64,000 bases of DNA from a bacterium (lineage in GTDB: Bacteria > Patescibacteriota > Minisyncoccia > Phycocordibacterales > CALRBL01), in NCBI GenBank assembly GCA_027487075.1, contig JAIYEG010000006.1, positions 4,468 to 68,467 of the forward strand. The letters run 5' to 3'. The position numbers and the translations under genes were made by a program. The stretch's first letter is position 1, and each line of letters starts with the position of its first letter. The notes under the pieces were generated by a model. The model ran no database searches and was not told where the DNA came from. It saw nothing but the letters and a program-made list of their open reading frames with translations. Of the stretch, positions 17,679 to 27,576 are shown piece after piece.

Positions 17679-18317
17679 ATGACTACTGAAGCAAAAGCAA
17701 TTATTATTGTAACGATCGTATGTATTGGTATCTTGTTTGGTGGCACCTTTCTTTATCAAAAAAACGCTCCTAAAGATACCCTTACCGAAAACAAAGAAGC
17801 GCTCGTGCGTGACAATAGTATGCGCATGGGAGCAGCAACAAGTTCAAAAGTAACGCTCGTGGAATTCGGAGATTATCAGTGTCCAGCATGTGCATTTATT
17901 GCACCTGGTGTGAAGAAGCTCATGGAAGAATACAAAGATCGCGTGACGTTCGTATTCCGTGATTTTCCTCTTATCATGCACAAGAACGCTGTTATTGCCG
18001 CCCAGATGACCTATATTGCCAACGAGCAGGGCAAGTACTGGGAAATGCACGAAAAACTCTATGCAACTCAGACAGAATGGGAAAACGTCGATAATCCCTC
18101 AGATCTCTTCATTGGTTATGCCAAGGAGCTTGGTATGAACACCGATGGCATTAAAGAAAAGCTTGCTTCAAATATCTATAAAGATCGCATTCAAGCCGAT
18201 GTGAAAGACGGTGATCTCGTGGGGGTAAACTCAACACCAACATTCTTTGTGAATGACACTATTGTTCGTACCGCCGACTACAATGCGCTCAAGAAAGCAA
18301 TCGATGCGCAGCTATGA
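17679..18317 (+). CDS. DsbA/BdbD-type thiol-disulfide oxidoreductase
   Basis: EFGDYQCPAC, FRDFPL, GVNSTPTFFVN. Confidence 0.92.
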   Translation: MTTEAKAIIIVTIVCIGILFGGTFLYQKNAPKDTLTENKEALVRDNSMRMGAATSSKVTLVEFGDYQCPACAFIAPGVKKLMEEYKDRVTFVFRDFPLIMHKNAVIAAQMTYIANEQGKYWEMHEKLYATQTEWENVDNPSDLFIGYAKELGMNTDGIKEKLASNIYKDRIQADVKDGDLVGVNSTPTFFVNDTIVRTADYNALKKAIDAQL

Positions 18318-19138
18318 TCTTAAGCGGGAAACCTCTTCAAGAACAGATTAAAGAGCAGCTTAAACGTCACACCTCAGGCGTGCCCGGCCTTGCAATTATC
18401 CAGATTGGATCTGTTGAAGCGTCACGCATTTATGTAAAAGCCAAAAAAAAGTTTGGCGAAGAAATCGGTGTGTCAGTAGTGGTGTATGAATTTCCTGATG
18501 AAGTGAGTGAGGAAGAGGTGGTGCATCTTATTCAGCAGCTCAATGCCGATACAAAGGTGGGAGGTATTATTGTCCAGCTTCCTATTCCTGCACATCTTTC
18601 AAAATCTCGAATTATCGAAACGATAGATCCCGAGAAGGATGTTGATGGACTTCATTCAGTGAATGTAAAAAAGCTCATGACGAGCGATCCGACAGGTATT
18701 GTGCCCGCAACGACACGAGGCATTCTTTCACTTCTCGCGCACTACAATATTTCGTATGAAGGGAAGCAGGTTCTGGTAGTGGGACGCTCTGATTTGGTGG
18801 GGAAGCCAACCGCACTTGCACTCCTCAATAGACAAGCTACGGTCACTATTGCACACTCCAAAACACAAAATTTGAAGCGTCTATGTACGGAGGCAGACAT
18901 TATTGTGTCTGCTGTGGGTGTCCCAGGGCTTATTACCGCAGATCATGTGAGAGCGGGTCAGGTCCTTATAGATGTTGGAATTACGCGTAAAGATGGTGTG
19001 GTGGTAGGGGATGTATCAAAAGAGGCGCAAAGCTTGGCACAGGCTTTTTCGCCAGTTCCTGGTGGAGTGGGGCTGCTTACCATTGCTTCGCTTTTCCAAA
19101 ATCTCTTAAGGAAGTATACTGGCGGTATTACTACATAA
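18314..19138 (+). CDS. folD: Methylene-THF dehydrogenase/cyclohydrolase
   Basis: GIIVQLP, KDVDG, GRSDLVGKP, PVPGGVG. Confidence 0.95.
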   Translation: MILSGKPLQEQIKEQLKRHTSGVPGLAIIQIGSVEASRIYVKAKKKFGEEIGVSVVVYEFPDEVSEEEVVHLIQQLNADTKVGGIIVQLPIPAHLSKSRIIETIDPEKDVDGLHSVNVKKLMTSDPTGIVPATTRGILSLLAHYNISYEGKQVLVVGRSDLVGKPTALALLNRQATVTIAHSKTQNLKRLCTEADIIVSAVGVPGLITADHVRAGQVLIDVGITRKDGVVVGDVSKEAQSLAQAFSPVPGGVGLLTIASLFQNLLRKYTGGITT

Positions 19139-19147
19139 TCACATTAT

Positions 19148-19930
19148 ATGAATACGTTTTTTGATCAACAGACCAACACTATCATCAAAGTTGTCCTCGG
19201 ACTTCTCGGTCTTTTCCTTATTGTTCAAGCGGGAGTTGCAATCGCAGATGCGGTGGCAAGGCATGACAGCATTCCTTCAAATAAAACCATCAATGTTCAG
19301 GGAACAGGTGAGGCGGTAGGAATTCCTGATGTGGCAACCTTCACCTTCACCGTGCGAGAGAAAGCAAAAGATGCTCCAGCCGCACAGAATGCAATGTCAG
19401 AGAAAGCAAACAAAGCAATCGCATACCTTAAGAGCGAAGGTATTGATGCAAAAGATATCAAGACTGAAAACTTCCAATCAAACCCTACCTATGCAAATGT
19501 CTCATGTGGTATGTACGGATGCCCATCTCCTGCCATTACAGGCTATGAAGTGTCAGAGACCGTTTCAGTAAAAGTGCGTGAGAAGGATAAGGCAGGAAAT
19601 CTCCTCAAGGGAGTCATTGACCTCAAGATTGGTGAAGTGAGTGGTCTCCAGTTTGTTATCGATGATACTGATGCGCTCAAAGCAGAAGCTCGTGCCAACG
19701 CGATCGAGAAAGCTCGTATACAAGCAGAAAAGATTGCAGATAGTCTGGGTGTTAATCTTAGTGATGTAGTGAGTTACTACGAAGATCCTGGATTCATGCC
19801 ATACGCTGAAGCTGCTTACGGAGGTGATATGATGCGAGGTGAGGTAAAATCTGCAGGCACCGCTCCTACCCTCGAAGCAGGGCAGTCAAAGGTCCGCTCG
19901 ACGGTGACCGTCACCTTCCAGATCGACTAG
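19148..19930 (+). CDS. SIMPL (DUF541) domain protein
   Basis: INVQGTGEA..PD, ARANAIEKAR..AEKIA, C-terminal VTVTF. Confidence 0.88.
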   Translation: MNTFFDQQTNTIIKVVLGLLGLFLIVQAGVAIADAVARHDSIPSNKTINVQGTGEAVGIPDVATFTFTVREKAKDAPAAQNAMSEKANKAIAYLKSEGIDAKDIKTENFQSNPTYANVSCGMYGCPSPAITGYEVSETVSVKVREKDKAGNLLKGVIDLKIGEVSGLQFVIDDTDALKAEARANAIEKARIQAEKIADSLGVNLSDVVSYYEDPGFMPYAEAAYGGDMMRGEVKSAGTAPTLEAGQSKVRSTVTVTFQID

Positions 19931-20023
19931 GTGCGTTTGCACTCATCAAAAATCAGTGATAGGATAAGAAAAGCCCCAATGCCTAGCCGAGGGGTTTTTC
20001 TTTAATCTAAAAATACCTAGCAT

Positions 20024-20206
20024 ATGAGCCTTATTACTTATTTCAAGGATACCAAGAACGAAATGAAGCATGTTACCTGGCCGACACCTCGCCAGACAGT
20101 GGTCTTTACCGTGTCTGTTATCGTGATGTCTCTCTTCGTGGCCCTTTTCCTCGGTTTCTTCGACTATATTTTCTCTGAATACGTTATCAAATACATTATT
20201 CAATAA
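20024..20206 (+). CDS. secE: Preprotein translocase SecE
   Basis: EMKHVTWPT plus TM, directly upstream of nusG. Confidence 0.95.
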   Translation: MSLITYFKDTKNEMKHVTWPTPRQTVVFTVSVIVMSLFVALFLGFFDYIFSEYVIKYIIQ

Positions 20207-20217
20207 TTATCACCACC

Positions 20218-20763
20218 ATGTCTAAACAAGCAGAAGGAGAACGAAATTGGTACGCTATCCACACCTACGCAGGATATGAAAATGCGGTGCTTCGTAACTT
20301 GAAGCAGCGTATCGAATCATTGAACATGCAGGACCGTATTTTCAACGTGATCGTTCCTACCGAAAAGATCATCAAGGTAAAAGCGGGAAAGCGTGTGGAA
20401 GAAGAAGAGAAGATCTACCCTGGATATATTCTCGTGGACATGATCGTAACTGACGACTCATGGTTTGTGGTGCGTAACACTCCTCGCGTGACGGGATTCG
20501 TAGGTTCTGGAGTATATCCAGTGCCTCTTGAGAAGGGGGAAGTAGAGACACTGTTCAAGCGCATGAGTGGTGGAGATGCCGCAAAGCATGCTATCGACCT
20601 TACGGTAGACGATGCGGTGACTATCGCTGATGGACCATTCAAAGATTTCGAAGGAAAGGTATCAGAAGTTGATACTGATCGCGGAAAGGTGAAAGTGCTT
20701 GTGTCTATGTTCGGCCGCGAGACACCTGTTGAGCTCGATTTCTTGCAGGTACGCAAAATCTAA
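20218..20763 (+). CDS. nusG: Transcription factor NusG
   Basis: WYAIHTYAGYE, YPGY, KOW GPFKDFEG, FGRETPVEL. Confidence 0.97.
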   Translation: MSKQAEGERNWYAIHTYAGYENAVLRNLKQRIESLNMQDRIFNVIVPTEKIIKVKAGKRVEEEEKIYPGYILVDMIVTDDSWFVVRNTPRVTGFVGSGVYPVPLEKGEVETLFKRMSGGDAAKHAIDLTVDDAVTIADGPFKDFEGKVSEVDTDRGKVKVLVSMFGRETPVELDFLQVRKI

Positions 20764-20782
20764 TATGATACAATAAGAGAGC

Positions 20783-22441
20783 ATGTTCTCTCTTGAGTAT
20801 CGAAAAAACGCCGCAGTACTCCTTACCGCGGCTTTTTTCGTGTTCGCTTTTTACCCACAAGTATCGTTTGCAGCAACAGAAGGTTCTGGCCTTCTTCATT
20901 TTATTAATACTACTTTCTTTAAAGAAACATTACCGGACGTAAAACTTTCTGAAGAAGATTTGGCTCATGTGACGAAGCCAGGTATCGTGCGCATTGTTCA
21001 CCATATGAAGGGTGAGCTGGTGATTGATGGCAATTTTGATATCGATCTTAATAAGCTCACCATTGTTCCACTTCCTGCTAAAGCTCCTATCAAGGTACCA
21101 GTTGATGTGTACTACACAGGTACTGGATTTATTATCACTCCGAACGGGCATATTCTCACTAATTCACATGTCATTTCAAAAACTACGGTGATGAGTGAAG
21201 CTGTTACTAAAATTTTGACAGTGCTTATTGCGGGAAAGCTTCAGCGGATGACCGAGGCACAATATGCTGCGTTTACTAAAAAGGGACAGACCGCAGAAGG
21301 ATTAGAACAACAGGCTAAGTTTGCAAAGTCGCTGCGTGAGGAAGCTATGAACATTGTTTCTTTTGAAGGAAATGATGAGGTGGTAGTGCTTAATGGTTCA
21401 AGTGCAGATCAAGACGATACGTTGGTGAACTTGGTTTCAAAAGGATTTCCTGCCCGTGTTGTTAGCGTTAATCATGAATTTCTCAATGATCAAAAAGATG
21501 TCGCAATAGTAAAGATAGGGCAGAGTAATCTGCCATCACTGCCGTTTGTATCATCGAGCACTTCATTCGTAATTGGTAATCGTATTTATGCGTTCGGTTT
21601 TCCAGCTAATGCCGATATTGGTTCTAAAGTGGGAACAGCTTTTACCGTACCTAGCTTTACTACTGGAGTCATCAGTGCTTTCAAAGATTCGGATGATAAG
21701 AAATTTAAACTCATACAAACTGATACTAAAATATCGTCAGGATCGAGTGGAAGTCCTGCGTTTAATAAGCGAGGCGAAGTTGAAGGGATTATGACGTATG
21801 TCACGTCAAGTAATAGTAAGACGAGTGGAGACATTTTTTCTTTTGCGATTCCAAACGAAGTAGTGAAGGAGTTGCTTGATCAAGCTGAGATCACTCCCGA
21901 AACAGGGGATCTGTATACCTACTTCATTGAAGGACTTTCGTTCTATGAAGCAAAGCGTTGCACTGATGCTATGAAAGCTTTCAATAAGGCACGAGAGGTA
22001 AATACCACATTTGGTTCAAGCGCATTTGTCGATGAGTATATCCAAAAATGCAAAGATCTACAGGCTGCGGGGCTTTCTATTGATAGTGAATGGGAAAAAC
22101 TTATGTTCAACCTTAAGCCATGGAGAGGAGCGATTATTATAAGCGTCTCAGCACTCTTCGTGTTCTTTGTGCTTCTTCTGGTATTTATGAAAGTCTTTAG
22201 AAAAATGAAGCAGGATGAAGAAGTTATTGAGCACTATGTGCATCCGATCGCTCCTGTGGCAACAACCACACCTCCATCCATATCACCATCTGTTGTAGAA
22301 GATTCAGGGACTGATATCGTGAAGTTTATTAAAATGGAACAAAGCGTTGGAAGAACAACGGTTGAAATCGTGACCGAGCTCCGTAGTAAAGGACACACTG
22401 ACGAAGAAATACAGCAAGGATTTAATGAGGTGAATCGTTAA
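20783..22441 (+). CDS. Trypsin-like (S1C) serine protease with C-terminal TM
   Basis: Triad TNSHV / KDVA / SGSSGSP; signal peptide; TM near the C-terminus. Confidence 0.88.
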   Translation: MFSLEYRKNAAVLLTAAFFVFAFYPQVSFAATEGSGLLHFINTTFFKETLPDVKLSEEDLAHVTKPGIVRIVHHMKGELVIDGNFDIDLNKLTIVPLPAKAPIKVPVDVYYTGTGFIITPNGHILTNSHVISKTTVMSEAVTKILTVLIAGKLQRMTEAQYAAFTKKGQTAEGLEQQAKFAKSLREEAMNIVSFEGNDEVVVLNGSSADQDDTLVNLVSKGFPARVVSVNHEFLNDQKDVAIVKIGQSNLPSLPFVSSSTSFVIGNRIYAFGFPANADIGSKVGTAFTVPSFTTGVISAFKDSDDKKFKLIQTDTKISSGSSGSPAFNKRGEVEGIMTYVTSSNSKTSGDIFSFAIPNEVVKELLDQAEITPETGDLYTYFIEGLSFYEAKRCTDAMKAFNKAREVNTTFGSSAFVDEYIQKCKDLQAAGLSIDSEWEKLMFNLKPWRGAIIISVSALFVFFVLLLVFMKVFRKMKQDEEVIEHYVHPIAPVATTTPPSISPSVVEDSGTDIVKFIKMEQSVGRTTVEIVTELRSKGHTDEEIQQGFNEVNR

Positions 22442-22477
22442 GAAAACTCCGGACAGGCTACGCCTCTCCGGAGTTTT

Positions 22478-22771
22478 TTATGCGAGTGGTGGTTCGGTAT
22501 TTCTGCTAAGGGGGATGAGTCTGCCCGTCGTTTCATCGTACTTGTAGGGGCCTGGTGAGAAGTGAACGGTGATACAAGGCTCTTGAAGAGTTTGTTGTAA
22601 CCCATCGTCAATTCCTACATATGGTCCGATGCCGTCATCCGATCCTGCGCCATCAAAGTGCGGGCTTTGAATGACGATGGTGTTTGCCCCTACTGGTTTC
22701 ATAGTGCAAAGAAATCTTCCCTCAACAAAAACGTCGAGACCGCCACTCGTATTTCGGCGTGCTTCGATCAT
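22478..22771 (-). CDS. Hypothetical protein
   Basis: 97-aa ORF ending at a shared hairpin (22443-22478). Confidence 0.5.
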   Translation of the reverse strand: MIEARRNTSGGLDVFVEGRFLCTMKPVGANTIVIQSPHFDGAGSDDGIGPYVGIDDGLQQTLQEPCITVHFSPGPYKYDETTGRLIPLSRNTEPPLA

Positions 22772-22868
22772 AGGCGTGTAATGAGCTATCAGGTGTGTGC
22801 TTGTCTATATGATACGACAGAAAAAGTATTTTGTGATAGGGTGTGTGCAAACACTCCATGGTGGAGTG

Positions 22869-23165
22869 ATGTCAGTTCTACATCTTATGAATGAAAGTCC
22901 AAGGCTTATCGAGCTCTGCACTCGAAACGCACATCAATTGATCGGTCGAGTAATCACCATCGAATCAAAAAGAGGTGGGGATATTACTTCGACGATTACC
23001 GCGGTGATCCGTAAAGACGGAGTGACGAAGGTCGAAATCGCAGCACGGCAGTTTGACCTAGAGAAGGTTAATTATCTCATGTATACCCGCAATGAGTGGG
23101 TTCTGAATGTGGGGAGTGGTGATCACATCAGTGTTGGTGAGCCAACGATCGTGTCGCGAGAGTAG
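22869..23165 (+). CDS. Hypothetical protein
   Basis: ORF followed by terminator GAGGTCCGG..CCGGACCTCTTTT; start uncertain. Confidence 0.5.
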   Translation: MSVLHLMNESPRLIELCTRNAHQLIGRVITIESKRGGDITSTITAVIRKDGVTKVEIAARQFDLEKVNYLMYTRNEWVLNVGSGDHISVGEPTIVSRE

Positions 23166-23304
23166 GGTGGCGGCAGAAGAGTGTGTTGTCGAGAGGTCCG
23201 GTACCCATTCCGGACCTCTTTTGTATACAAAATTTAAGCCCGCGCTCCACCTGGGTAGGTGAGGCGCGGGCTTTGGGTTAAGGGTTGCTGTTGGTTTCCG
23301 TGCT

Positions 23305-23490
23305 CTACCCAGCAAAAGCCGGGCGGGGCCGACTGTCCGGCGTGCACTGCGAGTTGCGCGTGCGGCCGAACCCTCGAAGGGTCTCCATAACCTTCGCTCC
23401 GGCAGGCTTTGCCTTGGGAGCAGGGGTGAACATGGGAGCGTTCATCCAGCCGGGCAGGCTGGAACTGTTGGAACGAACAGTGTGTTTCAT
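23305..23490 (-). CDS. Small hypothetical protein
   Basis: TTGACA..TATTAT promoter just upstream; GC-rich hairpin downstream. Confidence 0.35.
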   Translation of the reverse strand: MKHTVRSNSSSLPGWMNAPMFTPAPKAKPAGAKVMETLRGFGRTRNSQCTPDSRPRPAFAG

Positions 23491-23665
23491 CGGGTACTAA
23501 ATATAATATATTATGTATATTTTGTCAATATACGTAGACAAACCTCTTTTTTCATGTACTATATCTAGCACTGTTACGCGCTTCACGTATCACCGCCGTT
23601 AGGTAGTGGTGCAGTATGCAATTGCCGTCAGGCCATTGCATCATATAACAGATTAAATTTATACA

Positions 23666-24091
23666 ATGGCAAAAAAAGTAACAAAAGTAATTAAGCTTCA
23701 GATCCCCGGAGGAAAGGCAACGCCTGCACCTCCTGTCGGTACCGCTCTTGGTCCTGCGGGTGTTAACATCGGAGACTTCGTTAAGAAGTTTAATGATGCC
23801 ACTCAGGACCGTCGCGACGAAATCGTACCTGTTCTTATGAACGTGTACGAAGACCGTACCTTTGATTTTATCTTGAAGACTGCTCCGGCATCTCAGATGA
23901 TCCTCAAGGCTATCGGAGCAGAGAAGGGTTCTGGAACTAACCTCACCAAGAAAGCAGGAAAGATCACCGAAGCTCAGATCCGCGCCATCGCAGAAAAGAA
24001 GCTTCCTGAGCTCAATGCAAACGACATCGATGCGGCTATGGGTATCATCAAGGGAACCTGCCGATCAATGGGAGTAGAGGTGGTTAAGTAA
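23666..24091 (+). CDS. rplK: 50S ribosomal protein L11
   Basis: [27 protein letters not shown]. Confidence 0.97.
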   Translation: MAKKVTKVIKLQIPGGKATPAPPVGTALGPAGVNIGDFVKKFNDATQDRRDEIVPVLMNVYEDRTFDFILKTAPASQMILKAIGAEKGSGTNLTKKAGKITEAQIRAIAEKKLPELNANDIDAAMGIIKGTCRSMGVEVVK

Positions 24092-24155
24092 CCTTTTTAC
24101 GATAAAAATGGAAAGAGCGGGACCTGCGATATGCGGGTCCCGCTCTTCTGTGATG

Positions 24156-24749
24156 TTACTGCCTTCTCCTTGAGCACGCTGCGATTCCTAGCCCCATCGC
24201 TGCGAGGAAAAAACTGCTTGGCTCAGGTACGCCTTTGGCCTCGATGAGGTTAGTGGTGAATCCTGCCGGCAAATCGATGCGGGTATAGTTTGTACTCAAC
24301 GCGTCGATTCTTGAGGGGGCGATATACATGTAATCAGCGCGAAACGCGAAAGTGCCGTTGTACGGCGCCGCTGATATGAAGTTCACCTCCATGATGCCGG
24401 TTTGTCCTTCGAGCACCATAAGAAAAGGTGATGAGCTTCCAACGCTCGACAGTTCAACCAGGCTCGCTCCGTAGTGCATGAATGGTTCGACGGTGTTGCC
24501 GTAGCCATCGATGAAACTCCAGATTACACCAGCATAGGCTCCAGGCCCATTGCTTGTATGGTAAGGAAACCAAGCATCCTGATCATTGGGAGTGAGTGAG
24601 AATTTGATTTTCCCATAAATCAGGTCAGGATAGCCGGCGGTCGGACTGACACCGATCTCGGTGGCGATAAGGGTTAAGGTGAATGGTTGAGGGTTCTGGG
24701 CGAACGCAAGACTCGCCCCCAGTAGGAGGATTAAGATTAAGAAACGCAT
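24156..24749 (-). CDS. Secreted protein with PEP-CTERM sorting signal
   Basis: Signal peptide; C-terminal VPEPSS, hydrophobic helix and RRR. Confidence 0.85.
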   Translation of the reverse strand: MRFLILILLLGASLAFAQNPQPFTLTLIATEIGVSPTAGYPDLIYGKIKFSLTPNDQDAWFPYHTSNGPGAYAGVIWSFIDGYGNTVEPFMHYGASLVELSSVGSSSPFLMVLEGQTGIMEVNFISAAPYNGTFAFRADYMYIAPSRIDALSTNYTRIDLPAGFTTNLIEAKGVPEPSSFFLAAMGLGIAACSRRRQ

Positions 24750-24827
24750 TGTTCATATATTTTTATAATACATTAAACAATTAATGTCAAATTGGGGAAC
24801 ACACGTGTTCTCGGCTTTCGCTTTGAA

Positions 24828-25505
24828 TTACCGTTTCTTAATATCTCTATCCTTATACAACTGAGGAAGCATCATTTCTGGCTTCCATTTTTTCTTGAGC
24901 TCATCAAGGGTTTTTCCAGGATTATATTTTCCAAGGACTGAATAGTCGTCACCGATGATCTGGCCAGTTTCAAAAAAGATAAGCTGAGCGATGCGACGTC
25001 CTACCACAAGAGGAATGATGTAGTTCTTTGAGTTGTTGGTAATTTCCATGGTCCAGCGATTAATGTATCCAACATCACCCCACCCAGCACACTTACACAC
25101 TTCGATGAAGCTGCGACCGAGAGATGATCGTGCTTTCATCATGGTGGTGATGTGGTTTTTACCACCGATGAATTCGTTGGTGTGAGCAAGGATGGTTTCT
25201 CCAGGGCGGAGCATAATTACTTTGTCATTTGGAGCAATGCCTTCCCATTCGAAGTTAAATTTTTGAAATGCTTCTTTTGCGGTAATTGCTTTTTCAACCT
25301 TGTCTGCTCCCCATACGTGTTTTACATGCGATTCACTCCAAATATTGAAGATGGTGTGATTATATTTTGGAGCTTGTTCCCGGTAAAAGTACTCTCCGAG
25401 CGTGAGGTCATAGCTTGAGGTAGCAAGGTTTTCTTTTTTGAAAGGGTGAATAATAATGTCTCCTTTTTTAACTTCTTCGAGAATTTTCTGGTTTGATAGG
25501 GCCAT
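24828..25505 (-). CDS. dcd: dCTP deaminase
   Basis: SYDLTLG, ARSSLGR, AGWGDVGY, TMEITN, IAQLIF. Confidence 0.92.
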   Translation of the reverse strand: MALSNQKILEEVKKGDIIIHPFKKENLATSSYDLTLGEYFYREQAPKYNHTIFNIWSESHVKHVWGADKVEKAITAKEAFQKFNFEWEGIAPNDKVIMLRPGETILAHTNEFIGGKNHITTMMKARSSLGRSFIEVCKCAGWGDVGYINRWTMEITNNSKNYIIPLVVGRRIAQLIFFETGQIIGDDYSVLGKYNPGKTLDELKKKWKPEMMLPQLYKDRDIKKR

Positions 25506-25515
25506 GGTCAGTAGA

Positions 25516-26823
25516 TTACTTGGTAATAGGTTTCTTTTCAACAATATCTTGAACTCCGCGTTTAACAGAGAATTCATCAACCCCTTCGTCAATGTAAAGC
25601 GCAATGTCCGGAACAACTTTCTTGAGTACTTTGCCTATTTCTTGTGCGATGGGGCGAAGGGTAGGGTGCACTGTCTTGCCTGATCGAAGTTCAGCGATGT
25701 AGACCGCAGAAGGAAGTGATGCGGTCATCTCGATAGAAACATTGAATCCCATAGCGATGTAACACTGCTTGGTCACATCATCACCGGGGAGTGATTTAAT
25801 TTCTTTTACGAGCGCAGCAATTTCTTTTTTGAGGATGAGTTGGAAGTCTTTTGGAAACTGTGAGAGATACCATGGGTGAAAACCAAGCTTGGTAGTGAGA
25901 AGTGGCATCGGAGCAGTCATGCTGCGCTGTCGTTGAAGATCGCGGTACGAACCAAAATCAAGAGGGAAGCGGAATACGATATCGCCGCATGATCGTGCTT
26001 GGTAAGGGAGTTCAGATTTTGCAGGGCGCTTTTTGAGCGCTTTTGCGTACCGTGCGATCTGATCCTTGCGAAGATATGCTTTGTATTCGAGCTTCTTTGT
26101 TGAAAATGGCTTTTGGTATGCCAATTCTTTTTGAGTTGCAGCAAGATATGTTTCTTCTTCAGGATAGCGCTTGTGACCAAAGCTGTTCGGGTATTTTTGT
26201 TGGAGTGAAGTAGTGATGCTTTCAGCAAGATCGCGGACTTCTTGAAGAGGGTGGTGGCGCATCACTTTGAGGTGGTCTGCTGCCTGTCGGAGGTTGGTGT
26301 GCCATGCAACCATAGTCGTCATGCCAGCAGGAAGAAGGCATCGTGAAATATCGAATGCGCGTGCCTTAATTGCTTTATCATATACATCCTCTTTTTCATC
26401 AGCTTTCCGTGGATGAAGTTCTTTGAGATGAATGACGAGGCGCTCGATAGCTTTGTTGTAGAGGTTCATCCATTTCTGCTGAATCGCTTCTCCTTTCTTT
26501 GTTCCAAGCGGATTCATGATGCTCATGGTTGAGAAATCAAGATAGCGGGTGCTTGATTCCTGTCCGTTATAGAGTGGCCAATCCTGAACAGCTTTTGCGG
26601 CGAGCATTGAAATACCTTCTGCAAAGATGGTGGTGGTGCCACAATCACCGATAGACTTGTGACCGTATCCAACATAGAAACGCTCCATGAATTTACCAGG
26701 ACCTGCTTCTTTTACTTTGTCGAGGTGTACCTTAACTGAGCGGGGATCGCGAGAATAAAGGGCTTGGAGCATGGCAACGTCTTCTGGGGGCAGATTGTCT
26801 ATGATGATGATTTCGGGCTGCAT
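25516..26823 (-). CDS. thyX: FAD-dependent thymidylate synthase (long tandem-domain ThyX)
   Basis: YGHKSI, QESSTRY, FDISRCLLP, RDLQRQRS, ELRS..VHP. Confidence 0.85.
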   Translation of the reverse strand: MQPEIIIIDNLPPEDVAMLQALYSRDPRSVKVHLDKVKEAGPGKFMERFYVGYGHKSIGDCGTTTIFAEGISMLAAKAVQDWPLYNGQESSTRYLDFSTMSIMNPLGTKKGEAIQQKWMNLYNKAIERLVIHLKELHPRKADEKEDVYDKAIKARAFDISRCLLPAGMTTMVAWHTNLRQAADHLKVMRHHPLQEVRDLAESITTSLQQKYPNSFGHKRYPEEETYLAATQKELAYQKPFSTKKLEYKAYLRKDQIARYAKALKKRPAKSELPYQARSCGDIVFRFPLDFGSYRDLQRQRSMTAPMPLLTTKLGFHPWYLSQFPKDFQLILKKEIAALVKEIKSLPGDDVTKQCYIAMGFNVSIEMTASLPSAVYIAELRSGKTVHPTLRPIAQEIGKVLKKVVPDIALYIDEGVDEFSVKRGVQDIVEKKPITK

Positions 26824-26862
26824 GATGGTTTGTTGTTGATAATAAAAACATCTTAGCATAAG

Positions 26863-27504
26863 ATGAATGCCAAGATGAAAACAGCACCATTCATAGTTCT
26901 CGACGGTGGGGAGGGTGCTGGTAAAACCACACTTCTCAAACGTCTCAAGTCACACTTTGGAGACACACTGGTGGCTACTCGCGAACCAGGAGGATCTCCT
27001 GAGGCCGAAGCAATTCGTGCCTATATCTTTGCTCATCCTGAATTCACCCCCAAAGAGCAGTTTGATTTATTTTGGAAAGCTCGGGAGCTCCACTTAAGAC
27101 AAACCATTATTCCTGCTATTGAAAGTGGAAAGATGGTGGTGTGCGATCGGTTCGACTCCTCGACTTTTGCGTATCAGCTGGTGGAGAAAGGTAATATGGA
27201 ACTGGAACCCGATTTTTGGGAGAAACGTGAGCAGATTGTAGGCACTCAAGCACCGGATCTCTACATTTACTTGGATGTTGATGTCGAGACAGGGTTGCGT
27301 CGTAAGCACGTTCAACAACAGGAAGGCAAGGAAGTTCTCAATCATTTTGATGATGCGAGTGTGGAAGATCAAAAGCGTAGACAACATGGTTTTCTTACGT
27401 TTTTTCAGAGAGTCCCTCATCGTGTCGTAGATGCGAATAGAGGAATTGATGAGGTATACGACGATCTTGTCAAGATTCTTGAGGAAGCAAGAGCGAAATT
27501 TTGA
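26863..27504 (+). CDS. tmk: Thymidylate kinase
   Basis: DGGEGAGKTT, TREPGG, CDRF..STFAYQ. Confidence 0.95.
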   Translation: MNAKMKTAPFIVLDGGEGAGKTTLLKRLKSHFGDTLVATREPGGSPEAEAIRAYIFAHPEFTPKEQFDLFWKARELHLRQTIIPAIESGKMVVCDRFDSSTFAYQLVEKGNMELEPDFWEKREQIVGTQAPDLYIYLDVDVETGLRRKHVQQQEGKEVLNHFDDASVEDQKRRQHGFLTFFQRVPHRVVDANRGIDEVYDDLVKILEEARAKF

Positions 27505-27576
27505 TTCAACGGGAGGACCGCAAGGTTCTCCCGTTTTTCATTTTGCGCTTTTTTGTGATCGCGCTATTCTGTATCT

